A DNA stretch of 24,000 nucleotides from Aestuariivirga sp. (GTDB lineage: Bacteria > Pseudomonadota > Alphaproteobacteria > Rhizobiales > Aestuariivirgaceae), in assembly GCF_046294715.1 (NCBI RefSeq), contig NZ_JBKBKI010000001.1:330116-354115 (forward strand). Reading direction: 5' to 3'. Made by a program: the position numbers and the translations under genes. Positions 15,376 to 22,539 of this stretch are shown in pieces. Numbering within the stretch: position 1 is the stretch's first letter; each line of letters begins with the position of its first letter. Below the pieces are notes generated by a model. That model did not search any database. It was not told where the DNA came from and was given only the letters and a program-made list of their open reading frames with translations.

Positions 15376-15681
15376 ATGACCATCAAGAAATCTGGCTCAA
15401 CCTCGAAGCAAACCAAGAATTCAGCGCCTGGCACTCGTTCGAAGCAACCCGCCAAGAAGCCGCCTCCCGCACCTCTGAGCAAGTCCCAGACCATCCGGGC
15501 GCTACTAGCTCGTCCGCAGGGAGCGACCACCTCGGAACTCTCGGAAGCTACCGGCTGGCAGGTTCATAGCGTGCGAGGATACCTGTCGAGGACGTTGAAG
15601 AAAAAGCTTGGTCTCATGCTTGATTCGTCCAAGGACGAAGGTGGCCGCCGTTATTGGCTCACCGAAGCTGTCCGCTCATGA
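15376..15681 (+). CDS. DUF3489 domain protein (module 2)
   Basis: CAGGAG Shine-Dalgarno before ATG 15376. It has a Lys/Pro-rich N-terminus followed by LLARPQGATTSELSEATGWQVHSVRGYLSRTLKKKLGLMLDSSKDEGGRRYWL. Confidence 0.8.
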   Translation: MTIKKSGSTSKQTKNSAPGTRSKQPAKKPPPAPLSKSQTIRALLARPQGATTSELSEATGWQVHSVRGYLSRTLKKKLGLMLDSSKDEGGRRYWLTEAVRS

Positions 15682-16127
15682 GTAGGACGGAAGAGCTCTT
15701 GGCAGGACTAGCCGGGGCGGATCTGCAGAGCCTGCGGGACGAGTGGAAGCGTCTTTCTGACGACGACGCTCCGCCCCCCATGAGCAAGGAACTGCTCAGG
15801 CTTGCCATCGCCTACAGGAGACAGGAACAGGAGTTCGGCGGCTTGAGCCGCCGGACCTCCACCCGGCTGAGGGCACTGCGCAATGGTGGCAATACGAGTG
15901 TGCACCTGAGTGGCGAGGCCTTGCCCCTGAAGCCGGGCGTCAAGCTGCTGAGGGAGTGGCAGGGCAAGGTTCATGAAGTTCTGGCTCTGGAGGACGGCCG
16001 ATTTGCCTACGGTGGAAAAGTCTGGAGATCGCTGAGCGAGATTGCCCGGGAGATCACCGGAGTGCGCTGGTCTGGTCCCCGATTTTTTGGGACCCGGGAT
16101 CGGAAGAGGACAGGGCCCCATGGCTGA
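15678..16127 (+). CDS. DUF2924 domain protein (module 2)
   Basis: ATG 15678 overlaps the upstream stop (ATGA). LRDEWKRL...LLRLAIAYRRQEQEFGGLS...LKPGVKLLREWQGKVHEVLALEDGRFAYGGKVWRSLSEIAREITGVRWSGPRFFG. Confidence 0.8.
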   Translation: MSRTEELLAGLAGADLQSLRDEWKRLSDDDAPPPMSKELLRLAIAYRRQEQEFGGLSRRTSTRLRALRNGGNTSVHLSGEALPLKPGVKLLREWQGKVHEVLALEDGRFAYGGKVWRSLSEIAREITGVRWSGPRFFGTRDRKRTGPHG

Positions 16128-17814
16128 GCGTCCAGTCATTCGCCGCTGTGCGATCTATACCCGGAAGTCCTCCGAGGAAGGGTTGGATCAGGCCTACAAC
16201 TCCCTTGCGGCGCAGCGAGATGCCTGTACGGCCTACATCGCCAGCCAGAAGCATGAGGGCTGGACCTTGGTCCCAAAGGCCTACGACGATGGCGGCTTTT
16301 CAGGCGGCAATCTCCAGCGGCCTGCGCTTGAGGAACTGATGGAGGATATCAGGAAGGGCGAGATCGATATCATCGTGGTCTACAAGATCGACCGGCTTAC
16401 CCGATCCCTAGCAGACTTCGCCAAGCTCACGGAGGTCCTAGACCGGCACAACGTGTCCTTTGTGGCCGTCACCCAGCAGTTCAACACCTCGACATCAATG
16501 GGTAGACTAACGCTCAACGTGTTGCTCTCCTTTGCCCAGTTCGAGCGTGAAGTGGCCGGCGAGCGCATCCGCGACAAGATCGCCGCTTCCAAGAGGCGGG
16601 GTATGTGGATGGGGGGCCATCCGCCGCTTGGCTATGAGGTGAAGGCGAGAAAGCTGGTCGTCGTTCCGGAGGAGGCCAAGACCGTACGACACCTCTTCCG
16701 TCGCTACCTGGACCTTCGTTCCGTGCAGCTCCTGCGCAGGGAGCTGGATAGCTCCGGGACACGATCGAAACGCAAGGTCTTGCAGGATGGCTCGGTGGTG
16801 GGTGGTGTGACCTTCTCCCGGGGCGCCCTGTACACGATTCTCAAAAACCCGCTTTACCGGGGCCGGATCCAACACAAGGGCGAGTGTTTTCCCGGGGAGC
16901 ACGAGCCAATCATCGAGGAGAAGCTGTTTTCGGAGGTCCAGCGGGTCTTGGAACAGCAGGGGCCCGGAGATGAGGCTCGCCGCAAGCTGGCCTCACCTGC
17001 CCTGCTCAAGGGGCTGGTGTTCGACGCTCAAGGCGAGCGGCTGCAACCAACCCATTGCAGCAAGGGGAGAACGAAGTACCGGTACTACACTTCGAAGTCG
17101 TTGTTGAAGGAGGGGAGGCCCCAGGCGACGAGCGGATTCCGGGTTCCCGCTCCTGACCTCGAGATGATCGTCATCCGTTCACTGGCGGGCCACTTGAGAA
17201 ACCAGCAATGGGTTGCTGCTCTCATACACAGTCCCAGAGACCTTCCGCCCGCACTGCAAAAGGCACAGGGCATTGCGGTCGATATCGAGAGGCAGCCGAT
17301 CATTAACACCGGGATGATCGGCGACCTCGTTACCCGCATCACCATGGATAAGAGAAACTTACATCTCAGGATCAACAGGGACCGGCTTGTCGCCCTCCTC
17401 ACCGGCCGGCACCCCGAGAAGACACAGTCGCCGCTGAATAGTCTGCCCCTCGAGATCGACATCACCAGCCACCTTCTCCGGTGTGGGAAGCAGGTACGCC
17501 TGGTGATCGACGAAACCGGGGGCCAGCCAGATTCCGACCCTCACCCCCGCCTTGTCGGCGAAATCCTGAGAGCCCGTCGGTGGTTCGATGCGCTCTCATC
17601 CGGAGAGGTCCCGACCATTGCAGCGCTAGCGCAAGCCGAGGGCGTCTCGGCGTCCTACATCAGCCTGAAAATCAGCCTCGCCTTCCTGGCACCAGACATC
17701 GTTGAGACCATCATCGACGGCATGCAACCGATGTCGCTCACGCCGGAACGGCTCAAGAAGGCCTGCCCACTGCCCGCTTCCTGGGAAGAGCAGCGCGCCT
17801 TGCTGCTGGCCTGA
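16120..17814 (+). CDS. Large serine recombinase (resolvase/invertase-type catalytic domain plus recombinase and zinc-ribbon-like C-terminal region), apparently intact
   Basis: ATG 16120 overlaps the DUF2924 stop by 8 nt. RCAIYTRKSSEEGLDQAYNSLAAQ contains the catalytic Ser region. Also present are IDIIVVYKIDRLTRS, GRLTLNVLLSFAQFEREVAGERIRDKIAASKRRG and the recombinase domain GGHPPLGYEV. Length is 564 aa. Confidence 0.9.
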   Translation: MAERPVIRRCAIYTRKSSEEGLDQAYNSLAAQRDACTAYIASQKHEGWTLVPKAYDDGGFSGGNLQRPALEELMEDIRKGEIDIIVVYKIDRLTRSLADFAKLTEVLDRHNVSFVAVTQQFNTSTSMGRLTLNVLLSFAQFEREVAGERIRDKIAASKRRGMWMGGHPPLGYEVKARKLVVVPEEAKTVRHLFRRYLDLRSVQLLRRELDSSGTRSKRKVLQDGSVVGGVTFSRGALYTILKNPLYRGRIQHKGECFPGEHEPIIEEKLFSEVQRVLEQQGPGDEARRKLASPALLKGLVFDAQGERLQPTHCSKGRTKYRYYTSKSLLKEGRPQATSGFRVPAPDLEMIVIRSLAGHLRNQQWVAALIHSPRDLPPALQKAQGIAVDIERQPIINTGMIGDLVTRITMDKRNLHLRINRDRLVALLTGRHPEKTQSPLNSLPLEIDITSHLLRCGKQVRLVIDETGGQPDSDPHPRLVGEILRARRWFDALSSGEVPTIAALAQAEGVSASYISLKISLAFLAPDIVETIIDGMQPMSLTPERLKKACPLPASWEEQRALLLA

Positions 17815-17883
17815 ACTCCACTCCAATAGTCAGTCTTTATCGCGACGCATCTATTGGAAGCGGTTCTACCCCCCTATCAGGAT

Positions 17884-17897
17884 GCGCAGCACTGCGC
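17884..17897. repeat. Perfect inverted repeat GCGCAG-CA-CTGCGC between the recombinase gene and tRNA-Gln
   Basis: 6-bp arms around a central dinucleotide, read directly. Assigning it as a candidate recombinase site is pure inference. Confidence 0.2.
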
Positions 17898-18014
17898 GTC
17901 ATAACCGGAATTGGGGGCAGCAGAGACTTTCCGAGTGAAATCCACCAGGCGGAGCGCCAAGTTCGTCTCTCCGGCATGCCTGCCGCCCCCTGTCCGGTCC
18001 AAGCCCCGGAAATG

Positions 18015-18030
18015 TCGGAGAGTTCTCCGA
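18015..18030. repeat. Perfect inverted repeat TCGGAGA-GT-TCTCCGA, 35 bp from the 3' end of tRNA-Gln
   Basis: 7-bp arms around a central dinucleotide, read directly. It could be an att-site core or a weak tRNA-Gln terminator hairpin. Neither is demonstrated. Confidence 0.2.
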
Positions 18031-18064
18031 CAGCTGTCATTCTCATGGTTCGACGTGGATGGAT

Positions 18065-18139
18065 TGGCTGGGGCGGGAGGGATCGAACCTCCGAATGGCG
18101 GAATCAAAATCCGCTGCCTTACCGCTTGGCGACGCCCCA
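18065..18139 (-). tRNA. tRNA-Gln (anticodon UUG), CCA encoded
   Basis: The reverse complement is UGGGGCGUCGCCAAGCGGUAAGGCAGCGGAUUUUGAUUCCGCCAUUCGGAGGUUCGAUCCCUCCCGCCCCAGCCA. It has a 7-bp acceptor stem, an anticodon stem GCGGA/UCCGC with loop UU-UUG-AU, and a GGUUCGAUCC T-arm. It is near-collinear with E. coli tRNA-Gln. Confidence 0.95.
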
Positions 18140-18220
18140 GCAGTGCGGGGTTCCTATAGCCAGAGGAACAGTGCTTGCCTAGCCCGAAAAGCGCCGCTAT
18201 AAGCCGCGCCGAGCCAAGGA

Positions 18221-18297
18221 CGGAGTGTAGCGCAGTCTGGTAGCGCACCTGCTTCGGGAGCAGGGGGTCGGAGGTTCGAATCCTCTCACTCCGACCA
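18221..18297 (+). tRNA. tRNA-Pro (anticodon CGG), CCA encoded
   Basis: CGGAGUGUAGCGCAGUCUGGUAGCGCACCUGCUUCGGGAGCAGGGGGUCGGAGGUUCGAAUCCUCUCACUCCGACCA. The acceptor stem is CGGAGUG/CACUCCG. The anticodon stem is CCUGC/GCAGG with loop UU-CGG-GA. The T-loop is canonical. Confidence 0.95.
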
Positions 18298-18309
18298 TTC
18301 GTAAAAGTC

Positions 18310-18341
18310 GGCGCGGGCGCCCTGAAGCCCCGCGCCGTTTT
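18310..18341. terminator. Rho-independent terminator, potentially bidirectional (tRNA-Pro on +, bioY on -)
   Basis: GC stem GGCGCGGG (18310-17) / CCCGCGCC (18329-36) is followed by GTTTT on the plus strand. On the minus strand it is followed by the complement of the AAAA at 18303-18306. Confidence 0.65.
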
Positions 18342-18356
18342 CCGTTCCGGAAGTGG

Positions 18357-18914
18357 TCAGTGGCGGGAGAGCAGCGCCCAGGCGGCGGGGAAGCCCAGGG
18401 CCGCCACCGCGGCCTTGACCACGTCACCTGCGATGAAGGGAAGAAGGCCGAAGGCAATGGCCTTTTCAGCCCCGATCCAGGCGGAGAGCCAGAGAAGGCC
18501 CGGCATGTAGAGCACGGCGGCGCCCAGCAGCATGGCGGCGAACATCCTGGGGGCCGACCGGTCCCAGCCGCGCTCGGCCAGGAACCCCACGACACAGGCC
18601 GCGGGGATGAAGCCCAGCACATACCCGAAGGTCGCCAGCATCACGCCGGACTGGAATCCGGCGAAGACGGGAAGCCCCACGGCTCCCTCGAACGCATAGA
18701 GCGCCAGGGTTGCCGCGCCGAGCCTTGCGCCATAGGCCGCCCCGATCATCAGCACGGCGAGCGTCTGCAGCGTCATCGGCACCGGCAGCATCGGCACGTT
18801 GACCTGTGCTGCAGCCGCGACCACCAGCGAGCCCAGGATTGCGAGGACCGCGCCGCGCCCGAGGGAAGCCCCGGAGGCGGGCCACAGGCGGTCGGAAAGA
18901 AGGCTGGTATTCAT
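18357..18914 (-). CDS. bioY: Biotin transporter BioY
   Basis: 185-aa hydrophobic protein. PVPMTLQTLAVLMIGAAYGARLGAATLALYAFEGAVGLPVFAG...TFGYVLGFIPAA...LPFIAGDVVKA matches the BioY family pattern. Confidence 0.85.
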   Translation of the reverse strand: MNTSLLSDRLWPASGASLGRGAVLAILGSLVVAAAAQVNVPMLPVPMTLQTLAVLMIGAAYGARLGAATLALYAFEGAVGLPVFAGFQSGVMLATFGYVLGFIPAACVVGFLAERGWDRSAPRMFAAMLLGAAVLYMPGLLWLSAWIGAEKAIAFGLLPFIAGDVVKAAVAALGFPAAWALLSRH

Positions 18915-18992
18915 GGTCGTTCACCCCTACCCTGTTGAAATCATGCCGTTCGACAGGTTTATAGGGATGCGGTCCCTGCGCCGCAACTCATC

Positions 18993-19874
18993 ATGACCGA
19001 CCTTCGCTTCGACCGCGACTTCGACCCCGCCCCGGGCGTGGCCGTTCCGCTCTCGCCCACCGTGCGGCGGGTGCTCGCCGGCAACCCCAGCCCCTACACC
19101 TTTCGCGGCACGTCGACCTTCATCGTGGGCAAGGGGCAGGTGGCGGTGATCGATCCCGGACCGGACGACGAGAACCACCTCGAAGCCCTGCGCCACGCGC
19201 TGCGGGGCGAGACGGTCACCCACATCCTCGTCACCCATTCCCACGCCGATCACTCCCCCCTCGCCCGGCGCCTCAAGGAGATGACCGGCGCCCGCACCTT
19301 TGCCTATGGACCGGTCGAGGCTCCTTCCCCCACCGGACTCCGCCTCGATGCCTCGATCGACCACGACTTCGCGCCGGACGTGAGCCTCGCCGAGGGCGAT
19401 GCGGTGACGGGCCCTGGCTGGACGCTCGAGGCGGTCTTCACGCCAGGCCACATGTCGAACCACATGTGCTTTGCCCTGACGGAGGAGAAGGCGCTCTTCG
19501 CCGGCGATCATGTGATGGCCTGGGCGACCAGCGTGATCGCGCCGCCCGATGGCGACATGGGCCAGTATTTCTCATCCCTTCGCAAGCTCCTCGAGCGCGA
19601 GGACCAGGTCTACCATCCAGGCCATGGGCCCTCGCGGCGCGAACCGCGGGCCTTGGTACGCGGCTATCTCGCGCACCGCCGCATGCGCGAGGAGGCGATC
19701 CGCACGCGCGTCGAGCAGGGGGCCCGCACGCTGGGCGAGATCGTCGCCGCCGTCTATGCCGAGGTCGACCCGAAGCTCCATGGCGCGGCGGCCCTCTCCG
19801 CCCAGGCCCACCTCGACCACCTCGTGGCGCAGGGCAAGCTCAGGGCCGCCGAGGGCAACTACGAGGCGGCATAG
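18993..19874 (+). CDS. MBL-fold metallo-hydrolase
   Basis: HILVTHSHADHS (HxHxDH zinc motif) with downstream TPGH and GD/HG motifs. Length is 293 aa. Confidence 0.85.
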   Translation: MTDLRFDRDFDPAPGVAVPLSPTVRRVLAGNPSPYTFRGTSTFIVGKGQVAVIDPGPDDENHLEALRHALRGETVTHILVTHSHADHSPLARRLKEMTGARTFAYGPVEAPSPTGLRLDASIDHDFAPDVSLAEGDAVTGPGWTLEAVFTPGHMSNHMCFALTEEKALFAGDHVMAWATSVIAPPDGDMGQYFSSLRKLLEREDQVYHPGHGPSRREPRALVRGYLAHRRMREEAIRTRVEQGARTLGEIVAAVYAEVDPKLHGAAALSAQAHLDHLVAQGKLRAAEGNYEAA

Positions 19875-19882
19875 GGGAAATC

Positions 19883-21616
19883 ATGGCCCGCAAGACACCC
19901 GAGAGCCTCCGCAGCGCCCGCTGGTTCGCGCCCGACGATCTCCGCGGCTTCGGCCACCGCTCGCGCCTGATGCAGATGGGCTACGCGAAGGAGGACTGGG
20001 CCGGTAAGCCCTTGGTCGCCATCGTCAACACCTGGTCCGGCATCAACCCGTGCCACGCCCACTTCCGCGAGCGTGCGGAGGATGTGAAGCGCGGCGTGCT
20101 GCAGGCCGGCGGTTTTCCAGTCGAGCTTCCAGCCCTCTCGCTGGCCGAAACCTTCGTGAAGCCCACCACGATGCTTTACCGCAACATGCTTGCGATGGAG
20201 GTGGAGGAGCTTATCCGCTCGCATCCGGTTGATGGCGTGGTGCTGATGGGCGGCTGCGACAAGACCACGCCCGGCCTCCTCATGGGCGCCACCAGTGCCG
20301 GCGTTCCGGCGGTCTTCGTGCCGGCGGGCCCGATGCTGCGCGGCAACTGGAACGGCAAGGTGCTGGGCTCCGGCAGCGACGCCTGGAAATTCTGGGACGA
20401 GCGCCGCGCGGGAAACATATCGGAAGCGGAGTGGATGGCGATAGAGGGCGGCATCGCGAGAAGCCACGGCCACTGCATGACGATGGGCACCGCCTCCACC
20501 ATGACGGCGATCGCCGACGTTCTTGGCATGACGCTGCCCGGCACCTCCTCCATTCCCGCCGATGACGTCAATCACATGCGCATGTGCGCATCAGCCGGCC
20601 GCCGCATCGTCGAGATGGTGTGGGAGGATCTGAAGCCCGCGGACGTCATGACCGGGGCCGCCTTCCGCAACGCCATCCGCGTCGCCATGGCCATGGGCTG
20701 CTCCACCAACGCGGTGATTCATGTCATCGCCATGGCGCGCCGGGCGGGCCACGCGATCGGCCTCGACGACTTCGACGCGGCGAGCCGCATCGTGCCGGTC
20801 ATCGCCAACGTCCGGCCCAGCGGCGAGACCTATCTCATGGAGGATTTCTACTATGCCGGCGGCCTCAAGGCGCTGATGAAGGCGATCGCGCCCCTCCTCG
20901 ATCTCTCGCAGCGCACGGTGTCCGGCCGGAGCTGGGAGGAGGAGCTCGAAGGCGCAAGAGTACACAACGCCGATGTGATCCGCTCGATCGAGACCGCGAT
21001 CTATCCCGAAGGCGCTCTCGCCGTGCTGAAGGGCAACCTCGCGCCGCGGGGCTGTGTGATCAAGCCTTCCGCCTGCGCCCCGCACCTGAGGAAGCATGCA
21101 GGCCCCGCCATCGTCTTCGACGACTACGCCGCCATGAAGGCTATGATCGACCGTGACGAATTCGAGGTGACGCCGGAACACGTCCTCGTCCTCCGCAACG
21201 CCGGGCCGCAGGGCGGGCCGGGCATGCCGGAATGGGGCATGCTGCCAATCCCGAGGAAGCTGGTGAAGCAGGGCGTGCGCGACATGCTGCGGATTTCCGA
21301 TGCGCGCATGAGCGGCACGAGCTACGGTGCCTGCATTCTCCACGTTGCGCCTGAATCCTATGTGGGAGGCCCGCTCGCCCTGGTGCGGACGGGCGACATT
21401 ATTGCCGTCGACGTCGCCGCCCGCTCGATCAGCCTCGAGGTGGACGAGGCTGAACTCCACCGCCGCAAGTCCGCGCTGAAGCCGCCGCCGCCCCGTTACG
21501 AACGCGGCTATGGCTGGATGTTCGCCCGGCACATCGGCCAGGCCGACGAGGGCTGCGACTTCGACTTCCTGAGGAGCGATTTCGGCGGCCCCACGGGCGA
21601 GCCGGCGATTTACTAG
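19883..21616 (+). CDS. IlvD/Edd family dehydratase (sugar-acid/dihydroxy-acid dehydratase-like)
   Basis: ATG 19883 is preceded by AGGGGA. LRSARWF...VAIVNTWSGINPCHAHF...GGCDKTTPGLLMGA...HCMTMGTASTM...RISDARMSGTSYG are hallmark IlvD/Edd blocks. The 19466-19882 extension in the ORF track is Arg/Pro-rich and lies inside the MBL gene, so it is rejected. Confidence 0.9.
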   Translation: MARKTPESLRSARWFAPDDLRGFGHRSRLMQMGYAKEDWAGKPLVAIVNTWSGINPCHAHFRERAEDVKRGVLQAGGFPVELPALSLAETFVKPTTMLYRNMLAMEVEELIRSHPVDGVVLMGGCDKTTPGLLMGATSAGVPAVFVPAGPMLRGNWNGKVLGSGSDAWKFWDERRAGNISEAEWMAIEGGIARSHGHCMTMGTASTMTAIADVLGMTLPGTSSIPADDVNHMRMCASAGRRIVEMVWEDLKPADVMTGAAFRNAIRVAMAMGCSTNAVIHVIAMARRAGHAIGLDDFDAASRIVPVIANVRPSGETYLMEDFYYAGGLKALMKAIAPLLDLSQRTVSGRSWEEELEGARVHNADVIRSIETAIYPEGALAVLKGNLAPRGCVIKPSACAPHLRKHAGPAIVFDDYAAMKAMIDRDEFEVTPEHVLVLRNAGPQGGPGMPEWGMLPIPRKLVKQGVRDMLRISDARMSGTSYGACILHVAPESYVGGPLALVRTGDIIAVDVAARSISLEVDEAELHRRKSALKPPPPRYERGYGWMFARHIGQADEGCDFDFLRSDFGGPTGEPAIY

Positions 21617-22515
21617 CTTCGCTCCCCCGGGAGGCCGATCCCCGTCATCTTCGCGATCATGCGGGCAACGGAAGCGTCGTCGTCGCGGCCCATGCCGGCG
21701 GCCGCGGTCATCAGGAACAGCTGCAGCGCCGTGGCCGCCACCGGCAACGGAAAATTTTCCTTCCGCCCCATGTCGCTGACGATGCCCATGTCCTTGGTGA
21801 AGATGTCGATGGCGCTCCTCGGCGAGTAGTCGCCTTCCAGGATGTGCGGCACGCGGTTCTCGAACATCCAGGAATTCCCCGCCGATGCCGAGATCACCTT
21901 GTAGACCGTGGCGAGGTCCAGCCCGAGTTTCGCTGCAAACGTGATGGCCTCGCAGGCCGCGGCGATGTGAACCCCGGCAAGCAGCTGGTTCACCATCTTG
22001 AATGCGGCGCCGATTCCCGCCGCGTCCCCCAGCTCATAGACCTTCGCCGCCATGGCATCGAGCGCCGGCCGCGCCGCGGCGAAGGCTTCCGCCGTGCCGG
22101 AGGCCATCACGGTGAGCTCGCCGGAAGCGGCCCTGCCTGCCCCGCCGCTGATCGGCGCGTCGAGATAGTAAAGCCCCATCGCCTGCGCCTTCGCCGCGAG
22201 CCGGCGCGCATCGTCGGGCGACATGGTGGGCGAGCAGATGACGACCCCGCCCTTCTTCATCGCCGCGGCAGCGCCTTTCTCGCCGAACAGCACCGCCTCG
22301 GCCTGCGCCGCGTTGACGACGACGACCACCACGATCTCAGCCTCCCGGGCCGCCTCGGCTGCGGATGAGAAGCCGCTGCCGCCCGCCGCCTCCAGCTTCT
22401 TCAGCGCCTCGGCGTTGAGATCCGCGCCCGTCACGGAAAAGCCCTTGCGCAGCAGCGACTGCGCCATGCCCAGCCCCATGGAGCCGAGGCCGATCACCGA
22501 TACCTTCGCCGTCAT
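21613..22515 (-). CDS. NAD(P)-dependent oxidoreductase, 3-hydroxyisobutyrate dehydrogenase (HIBADH) family
   Basis: N-terminal Rossmann motif VSVIGLGSMGLGMAQSL, followed by LDAPISGG and KMVNQLL blocks typical of the HIBADH / 6PGDH-NAD-binding family. Its stop shares the palindrome CTAG (21613-21616) with the convergent dehydratase stop. Confidence 0.85.
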   Translation of the reverse strand: MTAKVSVIGLGSMGLGMAQSLLRKGFSVTGADLNAEALKKLEAAGGSGFSSAAEAAREAEIVVVVVVNAAQAEAVLFGEKGAAAAMKKGGVVICSPTMSPDDARRLAAKAQAMGLYYLDAPISGGAGRAASGELTVMASGTAEAFAAARPALDAMAAKVYELGDAAGIGAAFKMVNQLLAGVHIAAACEAITFAAKLGLDLATVYKVISASAGNSWMFENRVPHILEGDYSPRSAIDIFTKDMGIVSDMGRKENFPLPVAATALQLFLMTAAAGMGRDDDASVARMIAKMTGIGLPGERS

Positions 22516-22539
22516 GATCCAGAAACACCCCTCGAAAAA

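Larger units (their letters stand above)
1..18064. mobile_element. Right-hand portion of an integrated genomic (defence) island; right end next to tRNA-Gln, left end outside the window
   Basis: All genes left of 18065 are accessory (R-M-like, TA-like, nuclease remnants, serine recombinase modules). This region is visibly less GC-rich than the sequence right of 18.3 kb, and markedly so between 8.7 and 12.3 kb. The recombinase modules sit at the tRNA-proximal end. Exact att boundaries were not determined. Confidence 0.55.

Noticed and set aside
18959-18968. TTATAGGGAT upstream of bioY as a BioR (TTATMKATAA-type) operator
   Set aside because: Only the left half matches the palindromic consensus as I remember it. 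The right half is degenerate and no second site is present.
19466-19882. 139-aa N-terminal extension of the dehydratase ORF
   Set aside because: It overlaps the 3' end of the MBL hydrolase gene and has a low-complexity Arg/Pro/Gly composition typical of off-frame translation of high-GC DNA. A good RBS plus ATG at 19883 begins the conserved IlvD/Edd N-terminus.
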